Assembly: GCA_944393125.1 (NCBI GenBank)
Contig: CALXZB010000001.1
Span: forward strand, 64,315 to 128,314
DNA from: an uncultured Clostridia bacterium
GTDB lineage: Bacteria; Bacillota; Clostridia; TANB77; CAG-508
Length of the DNA: 64,000 nt
Reading direction: 5' to 3'
Of the stretch, positions 53,775-63,161 are shown piece by piece (positions within the stretch are counted from its first letter, which is position 1; each line of letters opens with the position of its first letter). The notes beneath the pieces are model-generated. The model was not told the DNA's origin, did not search any database, and worked only from the letters and a program-made list of their open reading frames with translations. The translations under genes were made by a program, and so were the position numbers.

Positions 53775-55457
53775 TTATTTTTCTAATTCTTCTCTTATTA
53801 TTGTCCATATATTAGAAGTTTCCATATCTTTTCTCCAGCAAGCTGTTCCTCCTAAATTATATGTACTTACAAGTGATACTTTTTCTTTTATTGATGTTCC
53901 ATCTTCAATCCACATTTTTATAGTATCTTTTCCTGATTTGTATTCAATATAGTATTGTTTTAATGTATCATCCCATTGTTTCTCAATGTTGTTTGGTATT
54001 TTTATATTTACCATTGTTACAACAGATCTGCTTTTAATTGTTCCATCTTCTGATACAGTCCATTGTCTTGTATATAGTGGCATTCCTAATATAATTTTTT
54101 CAGTATCTACTACATCATATTCAATTATTTTCTTTAAATTTGTTTCTACCCAATTAAATCCAGCTGTTGTTCCTGGTTCTGTACTTGAACTACCGTGTTG
54201 ATCATATGCCATAAATACTAAATAATCTGCTACATCTCCTATTATATTTCTATCATAGCATAATGACCAGTTTGGATCTCCATCTGGTGCTGTTACATCT
54301 ACTGATACAACAATTCCTATTTCTTGCATACGAGGCATAAGTTCTATAATAAATCTTGAAAATTTATCTTTATCTGCTTGGTACATATTTTCAAAATCTA
54401 TATTTATTCCATCAATATCATATTCTGCACATTTTTCAACAATTTCTTGAATTAGTTCTTGTCTGTTTGTATAACTGTTTAATATTTTAGAAGTAACTTT
54501 AATTCCTGCATCTGCATTTGAAATCATTGGCCATACTTTATATCCATTTGAATGTGCCCATTCTATATATGATTTTCCAGCATCTCCTACATTTTCTTTT
54601 AGACTTCCATTGTCTTCGTCTAAGTAGAAAAATGATGGTGATACTACATTAACACCTTCTACTTTTTGACCTGTTCTATCTGGTGCTTTTACATATTGTG
54701 AAAAATAATCCCAGAACATGTTTATTTTTCCTGTTATTTGTTTTACTTTTTCTTCTGCTTCTCTTACAACTGTTATATTTTTTAATTTGTTAAATTTTAT
54801 ATATCCAATTGTTCCAGATTCGGTTCTTACTTTAACCCATCCACTTTCTGGTGCTGTTGTTTCATTATTTATTACTATAACTTCTGTTTCTGCTTCAGCT
54901 TTATCTATAATTTTTGATAATAGTTTTCCTTGACTTCTTATTGAAACATTTGATTTTAATACTGCTTTTGTTTGTTTCCTGTCTAAAGAGTCTAATGTTA
55001 TTGTTTTTGTTTCTTGTATATTTTTTAATTCAATATTATACACATCTAGCATTTCAGATATTGGTAAATATACTATTTCTTCCTCTTTTACAGCACATGC
55101 ATTTGTCTTTTTCACAGAACCATTTACTGTCATCTTATTTGCATCAAAACCTATGCTTGCAATTTTATCATCATATGTTGTTACTATTTCATTTATTTCT
55201 TCTTCTATGTAAATATATTTATCAAAGAAGTTTTCCATATCATCCATTGATATATATATTATATCATTTTCTATTTTAATCTCATGTTTTAGCCTTGCTG
55301 TTACATTTGTGTTATTTATTATTAGACTTGTTTTATTAGTTACATTTTCTTTTTTAAAATTTTGTGCAATAACTAATACTATTATAACAACAAGCAATAT
55401 TGCTAATACTATTGATACTCTTTTTATTACATTTTTGTTTATTTTTATTTCTTTCAT
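53775..55457 (-). CDS. glycoside hydrolase family 18 protein (YaaH/YdhD-like, spore-associated type) with an N-terminal anchor and SH3-like region
   Basis: 560 aa with the GH18 catalytic motif DGINIDFE. Confidence 0.85.
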   Translation of the reverse strand: MKEIKINKNVIKRVSIVLAILLVVIIVLVIAQNFKKENVTNKTSLIINNTNVTARLKHEIKIENDIIYISMDDMENFFDKYIYIEEEINEIVTTYDDKIASIGFDANKMTVNGSVKKTNACAVKEEEIVYLPISEMLDVYNIELKNIQETKTITLDSLDRKQTKAVLKSNVSIRSQGKLLSKIIDKAEAETEVIVINNETTAPESGWVKVRTESGTIGYIKFNKLKNITVVREAEEKVKQITGKINMFWDYFSQYVKAPDRTGQKVEGVNVVSPSFFYLDEDNGSLKENVGDAGKSYIEWAHSNGYKVWPMISNADAGIKVTSKILNSYTNRQELIQEIVEKCAEYDIDGINIDFENMYQADKDKFSRFIIELMPRMQEIGIVVSVDVTAPDGDPNWSLCYDRNIIGDVADYLVFMAYDQHGSSSTEPGTTAGFNWVETNLKKIIEYDVVDTEKIILGMPLYTRQWTVSEDGTIKSRSVVTMVNIKIPNNIEKQWDDTLKQYYIEYKSGKDTIKMWIEDGTSIKEKVSLVSTYNLGGTACWRKDMETSNIWTIIREELEK

Positions 55458-55546
55458 TTGTTTATCTCCTTGTTTTTTTGTTTATTATATTATACTCGAC
55501 AAAAAATAGCAAGAAATTTCTTGCTATTTTTTCTTAATTTTTTTGA

Positions 55547-56194
55547 TTACATTTTTCTAAATACTCCTGCTACTTTTCCAAGTATTTTGCAATCTGGAAC
55601 TATAATTGGGTCCATTGTATGATTTTCAGGTTGTAAACGTATATGATCTTTTTCTTTATAAAATGTTTTTACTGTTGCCTCTTCTCCTATTAGTGCTACA
55701 ACAATTTCTCCATTTCTTGCATCATTTTGTTTTTTTACAAGAATATAGTCTCCATCTAGTATTCCCGCTTCTATCATACTTTCTCCTCTTACTGTTAGCA
55801 TAAAGCTTTCACTATTTCCAACAAAATCTATTGGAATAGGAAATGTGTCTGTTACATTTTCAACTGCCAATATTGGTTGACCTGCTGTTATTTTTCCTAT
55901 TATTGGAACATCTACTAATTCCTTTTGTGTATAAAAGTTTTTGTTTGATTTTTTTATTGGTTGCCCATCTGAACCTTTTATTACTTTTAGTGTTCTTCCC
56001 TTTTTGTCTTCTTTTTTTATGAATCCATGTTTTTCTAGTTTTTCTAGATAAGCATGTACTGTTGCTGTTGAACTTAGCCCAATTGCTTTTCCAATTTCCC
56101 TTACTGATGGTGGATATCCTTTATCCATTACTTGTGTTTCAATAAATTTTAATATTGCTTTTTCTTTTCTTGTGGTTTCAGCTCTATTCCCCAT
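55547..56194 (-). CDS. lexA: LexA repressor
   Basis: 215 aa with the [10 protein letters not shown] wHTH, the AG cleavage site (KITAGQP), and Ser (RGESM) and Lys (VKK) catalytic residues. Confidence 0.93.
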   Translation of the reverse strand: MGNRAETTRKEKAILKFIETQVMDKGYPPSVREIGKAIGLSSTATVHAYLEKLEKHGFIKKEDKKGRTLKVIKGSDGQPIKKSNKNFYTQKELVDVPIIGKITAGQPILAVENVTDTFPIPIDFVGNSESFMLTVRGESMIEAGILDGDYILVKKQNDARNGEIVVALIGEEATVKTFYKEKDHIRLQPENHTMDPIIVPDCKILGKVAGVFRKM

Positions 56195-56224
56195 TTACAT
56201 CACTTCTCCTTTTTATATATTCTC

Positions 56225-56268
56225 ATAATATCATAAATAAAAAAAAATGTCAAACAAATTTTTGACAT
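56225..56268 (-). promoter_or_regulatory. greA terminator hairpin (56247-56268) overlapping the lexA promoter TTGACA (56248-56253)-N17-TATTAT (56225-56230)
   Basis: atgtcaaa-N6-tttgacat followed by T8 on the minus strand. The -35 hexamer lies inside the 3' arm. Confidence 0.5.
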
Positions 56269-56281
56269 TTTTTCGTTTTTT

Positions 56282-56758
56282 CTATTTTGTTATTTTTCTT
56301 ATTTCGTATTTTATTATTCCGGCTGGAGCATCAACTTCTATTATTGCACCTTTTTTAGCTCCTAATAAAGCTTTTCCTATTGGAGATTCATTTGATATTT
56401 TATTTTCTGCTAAGTTTACTTCTGTTGAACCTACTATTGTATATTCAACTTCTTCATCAAATTCTATATCATATAATGTTACTGTATTTCCTATTTGAAC
56501 TGTTTTTGTGTCAATTTCTTTTTCATCTATTATTTTTGCATATCTTACTTTATTTTCTAATTCTGCTATTTTGTTTTCATTCTCAGCTTGTGCATTTTTT
56601 GCTTCATCATATTCTGAGTTTTCTGATAAATCTCCAAATCCTAAAGCTACTTTTATTCTTTCTGCTATTTCAGCTCTTTTTTCTGTTCTTAAATATTCTA
56701 ATTCTTTTTCGATTTTGTCAAATCCTTCTTGTGTTAATATTACTTCTTTTTCATCCAT
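56282..56758 (-). CDS. greA: transcription elongation factor GreA
   Basis: 158 aa from [23 protein letters not shown], behind AAGGAGG. Confidence 0.93.
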   Translation of the reverse strand: MDEKEVILTQEGFDKIEKELEYLRTEKRAEIAERIKVALGFGDLSENSEYDEAKNAQAENENKIAELENKVRYAKIIDEKEIDTKTVQIGNTVTLYDIEFDEEVEYTIVGSTEVNLAENKISNESPIGKALLGAKKGAIIEVDAPAGIIKYEIRKITK

Positions 56759-56791
56759 AATTGCATTCCTCCTTGTATAAACAAGCAAAGA

Positions 56792-56854
56792 GCGACTTGA
56801 TGTCGCCTTTACATTAACATTTAGTATGATACTTCACTTTATCAATTTTGTCAA
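56792..56854 (-). promoter_or_regulatory. greA promoter TTGACA-N17-TATCAT (56826-56854) plus leader hairpin gcgac-N5-gtcgc (56792-56806)
   Basis: Read directly. Confidence 0.5.
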
Positions 56855-56880
56855 GTACTTTTTACTTTTTTAGTAAATCT

Positions 56881-57069
56881 TTAGCAGAAATATATAATTA
56901 TACTTCCTATTATACTAATTATTGCTCCTAATATTTTAAATCCTGAAGTTGCTTCATTTTGATCTCCAAATCCAAACATTTTCTTTGTAATTATACGAGC
57001 ATCATAAATTAAAATAACACCTATTAGTAAAATCAAAGCTCCTATTAATCTAAAAATAATTTTTCCCAT
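56881..57069 (-). CDS. small two-TM membrane protein
   Basis: 62 aa with two hydrophobic helices. Confidence 0.45.
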   Translation of the reverse strand: MGKIIFRLIGALILLIGVILIYDARIITKKMFGFGDQNEATSGFKILGAIISIIGSIIIYFC

Positions 57070-57094
57070 AATATTCTACATCCTTTACTTTTAA

Positions 57095-59140
57095 TTATAT
57101 TTCTATTCTTGAATTAAATTTTTCTTTAATTAGTTCATTTAATTTTTTATTTTTTTCTTTTTTCAGTAAAGCATCTTCTTCCATTATATTAATAGCAATT
57201 CTTTGAACTTTTTTTAGAATTTCTATATCTTCAAATAAGTTCGCAATTTTAAATTCTGGTAGTCCATGCTGTTCGGTCCCAAAAAAATCTCCTGATCCTC
57301 TAAGTTCTAAGTCTTTTTCTGATATTATAAATCCATCATTTGTATCACACATTACTTTCATTCTTTGTCTTATGTTTTCTCCATTACCTTCATATTTCAA
57401 AATACAATATGATTGATATTGTCCTCTACCAACTCTACCTCGTAATTGATGTAATTGTGCTAATCCAAATCTTTCTGCATTTTCTACTACCATAATGCTT
57501 GCATTAGGAACATTTACTCCAACTTCAATCACAGTTGTTGCTATTAATATTTGAATTTCTCCATCTTTAAATTTTTGCATAATTTCGTCTTTTTCTTTAG
57601 GTTTCATTTTTCCATGTAAATATGCAACTTTGTACTTACTAAAAGTTTCATTTTGATATTTTTCTGCTAATTCTATTACAGATTTTAATTGCATTTCTTC
57701 ATTTTCTTCTACTAGTGGGCAAACAATATATGCTTGTCTTCCTTCATCAATCTGCTTAGATATAAATGCATTTACTCTTTCTTCCATATTTTTTCTAACT
57801 GCATATGTTTCTATTTTTTTTCTATTAGGTGGTAATTCATCTATAATTGAAATATCTAAATCCCCATACAAAATTAATGCTAGTGTACGAGGAATTGGTG
57901 TTGCTGACATTGCTATTACATCAGGATTTTGAGCTTTTGATGCTATTGTACTTCTTTGTTTTACTCCAAATCGATGTTGCTCATCTGTAACAACTAGTCC
58001 TAAATTTTTAAATATTACATTTTCTTCTAGTATTGCATGTGTTCCTATTAATATATCAATTTCACCATTTTTTAGTTTTTCTAATATTTCTGCTTTTTTC
58101 TTTTTACTAACACTTGAAATTAATAATTCACTTTTTATTCCAAATCTATCTAAAATTTCTTTAAATCCTTCTATGTGTTGACTTGCGAGTATGGCTGTAG
58201 GAGCCATTATCGCTACTTGATATCCTGACTTTACAGCTTTATAGGCAGAAATCATTGCTACAACTGTTTTTCCTGAACCTACATCCCCTTGTAATAATCT
58301 ATTCATAGATTTATTACTTTCCATGTCATTGTCAATTTCTTCTAGGACTCTTAGTTGAGCTTTTGTTAATTTATATGGTAATATGTTTATTACATCTGAC
58401 ATGTGTACATTTTTATCAAACTGAATGCCATTTGTACTATGTTCATAATTATTTTTTAATTTTAGCAATGCTAATTGCATAGTTAATAATTCTTCAAATA
58501 CTAGTCTTTCTCTTGCTTTATTAAAATCTGAAAATTCTATTGGAAAATGAATTCTTTCTATTGTATTATTTATGTCCCATAAATTGTTCTCATTTAATAT
58601 ATATTCTGGTAAAGTTTCTTTAAGTTTTCCTCTTACTTCTGACAATCCATTTTCTATTATTTTCCTTAAAGTGCTCTGTTTTAACTCATATGTTAATGGG
58701 TAAATTGGAATAATTTTCCCTGTATTTTTGCTTTGCCCTATTTCATCATACACAGGAGAATTCATTTCAAATCTTGAGCCTTTTATAGATATTTTACCAT
58801 AAAATCTATACATTTTTCCTGGTTGAAATTTATCTCTTAAATATCCTTGGTTAAACCAAGTTATATAGCATGTTCCTGTTTGATCTTTTACTATTAGCCT
58901 ACTTATTGTCATTTTTCCTTTACGCATTTCTGTTATTTTTCCTGTTACCATTGCCTCTATCAGAACTTCTTCACCATCTATACATTCATATAGATTTTTA
59001 GGTTTACTTCTGTCTTCATAATCTCTTGGATAATATGTTATTAAGTCTTTTAATGTATATATATTTAATTTGTTTAGTAGTTTTACTCTGTTTGGTCCTA
59101 CTGTTTTTACGTATTTTACATCTTTGTTTAAGTCTAACAT
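57095..59140 (-). CDS. recG: ATP-dependent DNA helicase RecG
   Basis: 681 aa with GDVGSGKT, DEQHRFG and QLRGRVGRG. Confidence 0.93.
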   Translation of the reverse strand: MLDLNKDVKYVKTVGPNRVKLLNKLNIYTLKDLITYYPRDYEDRSKPKNLYECIDGEEVLIEAMVTGKITEMRKGKMTISRLIVKDQTGTCYITWFNQGYLRDKFQPGKMYRFYGKISIKGSRFEMNSPVYDEIGQSKNTGKIIPIYPLTYELKQSTLRKIIENGLSEVRGKLKETLPEYILNENNLWDINNTIERIHFPIEFSDFNKARERLVFEELLTMQLALLKLKNNYEHSTNGIQFDKNVHMSDVINILPYKLTKAQLRVLEEIDNDMESNKSMNRLLQGDVGSGKTVVAMISAYKAVKSGYQVAIMAPTAILASQHIEGFKEILDRFGIKSELLISSVSKKKKAEILEKLKNGEIDILIGTHAILEENVIFKNLGLVVTDEQHRFGVKQRSTIASKAQNPDVIAMSATPIPRTLALILYGDLDISIIDELPPNRKKIETYAVRKNMEERVNAFISKQIDEGRQAYIVCPLVEENEEMQLKSVIELAEKYQNETFSKYKVAYLHGKMKPKEKDEIMQKFKDGEIQILIATTVIEVGVNVPNASIMVVENAERFGLAQLHQLRGRVGRGQYQSYCILKYEGNGENIRQRMKVMCDTNDGFIISEKDLELRGSGDFFGTEQHGLPEFKIANLFEDIEILKKVQRIAINIMEEDALLKKEKNKKLNELIKEKFNSRIEI

Positions 59141-59211
59141 ATTTTCCCCCTTATATTTTTAGGAATAATTTTTAAATTAGAGTTGTTTTTCTAAGGTGTC
59201 ATTTAGTTTCA

Positions 59212-59499
59212 TTAAAAATCAACTCCTTCTTTGTTTATGGCTTCTAATAATTCTGATTTAGTATCTTTGTCTACAAAAACTATGTCTATCTTATATATGG
59301 TATCAATTAAATCTATCTCATTCAATATTTTATATTGTTCTTCTCTAATTACATTTTCTTTTATTGCTATGTCTATATCAGATGTTTTTTTATAATCTCC
59401 TCTTGCTCTAGATCCAAATAGTATAAATTTATATTTACTATATTTATCAGCTACTTTTTTTATTTTATTATATATTTCCTCTGGTAAGCCATATTTCAT
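59212..59499 (-). CDS. minimal nucleotidyltransferase (MNT/pol-beta superfamily)
   Basis: 95 aa from MKYGLPEE, behind AGAGGAG. It has FGSRARGD...DIDIAI (GS-x9-DxD). Confidence 0.75.
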   Translation of the reverse strand: MKYGLPEEIYNKIKKVADKYSKYKFILFGSRARGDYKKTSDIDIAIKENVIREEQYKILNEIDLIDTIYKIDIVFVDKDTKSELLEAINKEGVDF

Positions 59500-59516
59500 A
59501 ATTACTCCTCTTTTCA

Positions 59517-60221
59517 TTAAATTTTTAATAGTTTGAAATTTAAACTGTCTGCACTTACTAATTTGAATTCAATTCCTTCAATAATGCCTTCAATAGCTTC
59601 TGAAATTGAAGCTCCATGTAGATGTCCATAGTAGCATTTTTTTACATTATATTTTTTCATAAGTTGAACAAATTCCGCTTCTTTTTCTAAATTTATAGTT
59701 GCCTTAGTGATTGGTGGATAGTGCATAAATACAATTATTTCCTTATTAGTATCACATTTGCTTATTCCTTCTTTTAATGACATTTCCAATCTTATTAGCT
59801 CTCTATTTAAAAGTTTTTTATCTGTTTCTCCTTCTTCGCTGTTCCAGCCTCTTGTTCCACAAATGATTTTATCTTCATATTCGTAACTGTTATTATATAA
59901 AAAATCTATATTTGTATAATTGTTTTCTTTTAAAAAATTTCTCATTGATTTAAGAGTAGTCCACCAATAGTCATGGTTTCCTTTTAGAAGTAATTTTTTG
60001 CCTGGTAAAGAATTTATAAATTCAAAATCTGCTTTTGTATCTTCTAAATATGTTTCCCAAGAAAAATCTCCTACTAATATTACTAAATCATCTTCTTTTA
60101 CTTTTTCTATCCAATTAGTTTTTATTTTATTTTCATGGTCTGTCCAATTTTCTCCAAATATATTCATTGGTTTTGGATGATTAAAAGACAAATGTAAATC
60201 TCCTATTACATATATTGACAT
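59517..60221 (-). CDS. calcineurin-like metallophosphoesterase
   Basis: 234 aa with GDLHL, GDFSW, GNHDYW and MHYPP. Confidence 0.8.
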   Translation of the reverse strand: MSIYVIGDLHLSFNHPKPMNIFGENWTDHENKIKTNWIEKVKEDDLVILVGDFSWETYLEDTKADFEFINSLPGKKLLLKGNHDYWWTTLKSMRNFLKENNYTNIDFLYNNSYEYEDKIICGTRGWNSEEGETDKKLLNRELIRLEMSLKEGISKCDTNKEIIVFMHYPPITKATINLEKEAEFVQLMKKYNVKKCYYGHLHGASISEAIEGIIEGIEFKLVSADSLNFKLLKI

Positions 60222-60253
60222 ATTACTAATCCTTTCAAAATATAGCTTTACTT

Positions 60254-61249
60254 TTATATTTCTCCTATTTTTAAATTTGGTACAGCATTTAAAGTATTTG
60301 GAGACAAATTTCCGTTTAAATATCTATAATATCCTGCTGAGCCAATCATTGCTGCATTGTCTGTACATAATTTTAAATCTGGCTTGTATATCTTTATTCC
60401 TTTTTGTTCTAATTTTTCAAATTCACTTCTAATATGTGTATTAGCAGATACACCTCCTGCTAATACTATCTTATTTATTCCTGTTTGTTTTATTGCTGTT
60501 ACAATATTTTCTATTAAAACTTCAGTTACTGTTTTTTCAAAACTCATACATAAATCTGCTTTATCTATTTCTGGATTTTTATGATGTAAATTTATTACAG
60601 CAGTTTTTATTCCACTAAAACTAAAGTCTAAATTTTCAAAATGTGTTTTAGGAAAATCTATTGTTGCCTTTCCTTGTTGTGCTAATTTATCTACTTTAGG
60701 TCCTCCAGGGTATCCTAATCCTACTACTCTAGCAACTTTATCAAAGGCTTCGCCTATTGCATCATCTCTAGTTCTTCCTAGCACTTCCATCTCACAGTAA
60801 TCTTTTACATATACAATTTGAGTATTTCCTCCTGATGTTAACATACATAAAAAAGGTGGTTCTAAATCTGGATGTGTTATATAATTTGCTGCAATATGTC
60901 CTTCTAAATGGTTTACTCCTACAAGTGGTTTATTTAAAGCAAATGCTAATCCTCTTGCATATGATACACCTACTAGTAAAGCTCCTACTAAACCAGGCCC
61001 ATATGTTGGTGCAATTACATCTATATCATTAAAACTAATTTTTGCGTCTTCTAAAGCTTTTTTAGCAACTCTTGATATTGCTTCTATATGATTTCTTGAT
61101 GCTATTTCTGGAACTACTCCTCCATATTGTTCATGAATTTTTATTTGTGTATCTATTATGTTTGACAAAACCTCTCTCCCGTTTTTTACAACGGCAACAG
61201 AGGTTTCATCACAGCTTGATTCTATTCCTAGTACAATTATATCTTTCAT
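60254..61249 (-). CDS. tsaD: tRNA N6-adenosine threonylcarbamoyltransferase
   Basis: 331 aa with [12 protein letters not shown] and GGVSAN. Confidence 0.93.
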   Translation of the reverse strand: MKDIIVLGIESSCDETSVAVVKNGREVLSNIIDTQIKIHEQYGGVVPEIASRNHIEAISRVAKKALEDAKISFNDIDVIAPTYGPGLVGALLVGVSYARGLAFALNKPLVGVNHLEGHIAANYITHPDLEPPFLCMLTSGGNTQIVYVKDYCEMEVLGRTRDDAIGEAFDKVARVVGLGYPGGPKVDKLAQQGKATIDFPKTHFENLDFSFSGIKTAVINLHHKNPEIDKADLCMSFEKTVTEVLIENIVTAIKQTGINKIVLAGGVSANTHIRSEFEKLEQKGIKIYKPDLKLCTDNAAMIGSAGYYRYLNGNLSPNTLNAVPNLKIGEI

Positions 61250-61263
61250 TTTTATTTCCTTCT

Positions 61264-61998
61264 TTATAATCCAAATATTGTCATAGCAAGTTTTAAAATA
61301 CCTTCAGTCATAGTTCCTATTATTGGTGATATCAATCTTCCTGCTATTCCTGTTATCCATATGATTAAAAATATAAAGTAAAACATTTGCTCATGTTGTA
61401 TAAACCAGAATTTTGCATTGTGTGGTAATACTGGTAAGAATATTTTTGATCCATCTAATGGTGGTAATGGAATTAAGTTAAATACACCTAGTCCAATATT
61501 CATTGTTACAATACTTGCTATAATTGTTATTATTATAATTCCTATATTACTAACTAAAAAAGAGATTTTTACAAATTTATACATTGCACAATAAATTAGT
61601 GCAAATATTATTGCTGTTATAAAATTCATCAATGGCCCTGCAAATGCTACTATTGCATCTGCTTTTTCAACACTGATATCTCTATTATAGTTTCTTGGGT
61701 CTACTTGAACTGGCTTTCCCCATCCTATATGTGCAAATAGAAGCATTGCTAATCCTAATGGATCAACATGGTCAAGTGGGTTCATACTTAATCTTCCTTG
61801 TCTTAATGGAGTATCGTCTCCTAATTTATATGCTGCAAAAGCATGTCCAAATTCATGTACTGTTATTGCCAATAGTACTGCTGGAATTGATAATATTAAA
61901 TTAAATATTCCTGATGTGCCATATGACATTAATGATACAATTACTAATATTCCTATTATTATATATAATGTTCTTCTATCAAAACTAAATCCAAACAT
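61264..61998 (-). CDS. site-2 protease family (M50) membrane metalloprotease
   Basis: 244 aa with HEFGH and [10 protein letters not shown]. Confidence 0.85.
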   Translation of the reverse strand: MFGFSFDRRTLYIIIGILVIVSLMSYGTSGIFNLILSIPAVLLAITVHEFGHAFAAYKLGDDTPLRQGRLSMNPLDHVDPLGLAMLLFAHIGWGKPVQVDPRNYNRDISVEKADAIVAFAGPLMNFITAIIFALIYCAMYKFVKISFLVSNIGIIIITIIASIVTMNIGLGVFNLIPLPPLDGSKIFLPVLPHNAKFWFIQHEQMFYFIFLIIWITGIAGRLISPIIGTMTEGILKLAMTIFGL

Positions 61999-62086
61999 AA
62001 AATTCTCCTATTCTTTTATTATTTTCTGTTATAAAACTTTTTCTATTATAACATATTTTTATAAATTTTCAAATAGGTTTACAATT

Positions 62087-62452
62087 TTATTTATATATTA
62101 TTTTAGCTCCAAATGGTGCTAAAGCTAATTTTGCAATTTTAAAAAATTGTATTCCAAATGGTATTCCTACAATTGTTATACACCATAAGCATCCAAATAG
62201 CAGATTTTCTAAAGCCATAGGTATTCCAAAGAAAATAATCCATATTATATTTGCAATTAGAGATAATGCTCCTCCACCATATTCAATTTCTTTTCCAAAT
62301 GGTGCAAATGCTAGTGTTGCAAATTTAAAACATTGTATTCCGTATGGTAGTCCTATAATAGTTATACTCCATAAAATTCCTGATAGAACCCATGAAAGGC
62401 CACTAAAAAAGCCACCAAATATAAACCATATTAAATTTCCAATAATACTCAT
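62087..62452 (-). CDS. YccF-domain inner membrane protein
   Basis: 121 aa with two internal repeats (IIGLPYGIQCFKFATLAFAPFG and IVGIPFGIQFFKIAKLALAPFG). Confidence 0.8.
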   Translation of the reverse strand: MSIIGNLIWFIFGGFFSGLSWVLSGILWSITIIGLPYGIQCFKFATLAFAPFGKEIEYGGGALSLIANIIWIIFFGIPMALENLLFGCLWCITIVGIPFGIQFFKIAKLALAPFGAKIIYK

Positions 62453-62572
62453 TTTTATTCCTCCTTATTTTCAATACTTTATTTATATGTTATTTTTTTA
62501 TATAAGTCAAGCTTTTAATATGAAAAAGAATTAAGCATTATTATTTTGCATAATACTTAATTCCTTTTGAAT

Positions 62573-63094
62573 TTATTGTATTTTAACTATTGCTATTATA
62601 GAATTTTGATATGATATATCTTCTAAAGATAATCCTCCTAATTGTATAATATCTCCTGCATTTAGTTCTAGAATTACTGTACTTGTTAATGTCATTCTAT
62701 TATTATTAATATCTTCATTTAAGACAGGGCTTGAATTAAGAGTATAATTTATTGGAACTCCATTTAAAAGGATAATTGCATTAAAATTGAATGTTCCTTT
62801 TATATTTCTAATTCCATATAGTTGATATGAAATTTGATATATTCCTGTTTCGTTTATTTTGAATTCACTACTTCCTTCTTGATGGCTTATTGCTGTTCCT
62901 TCGACTATATCATTTTTACTATATTTAATAATGGCATCTCCTGTTTCTGTATTATCTCCAGGTTCAGCAATTGCTGTTAATATATTTTCATTTTCAGTCA
63001 TTTTACAATTAATACATACTATTATAAGAGATACTAAAAGAAATATTATTAACATTGTTGTTATTATCTTATATAATTTTATTTTACAACACAT
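62573..63094 (-). CDS. membrane-anchored BclA C-terminal-domain-like (C1q/TNF jelly-roll) protein
   Basis: 173 aa with an N-terminal TM helix. EGTAISHQEGSSEFKINETGIYQISYQL...ILLNGVPI parallels B. anthracis BclA-CTD (GTAIS...F.I.ETG.Y.I...NGVP). There are no G-x-y repeats. Confidence 0.55.
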   Translation of the reverse strand: MCCKIKLYKIITTMLIIFLLVSLIIVCINCKMTENENILTAIAEPGDNTETGDAIIKYSKNDIVEGTAISHQEGSSEFKINETGIYQISYQLYGIRNIKGTFNFNAIILLNGVPINYTLNSSPVLNEDINNNRMTLTSTVILELNAGDIIQLGGLSLEDISYQNSIIAIVKIQ

Positions 63095-63161
63095 ATACTT
63101 TTCCTCCTATATTTTATTATATGAGAAATATATGTGCTTGTTGATTCTTCAAATATCTATA

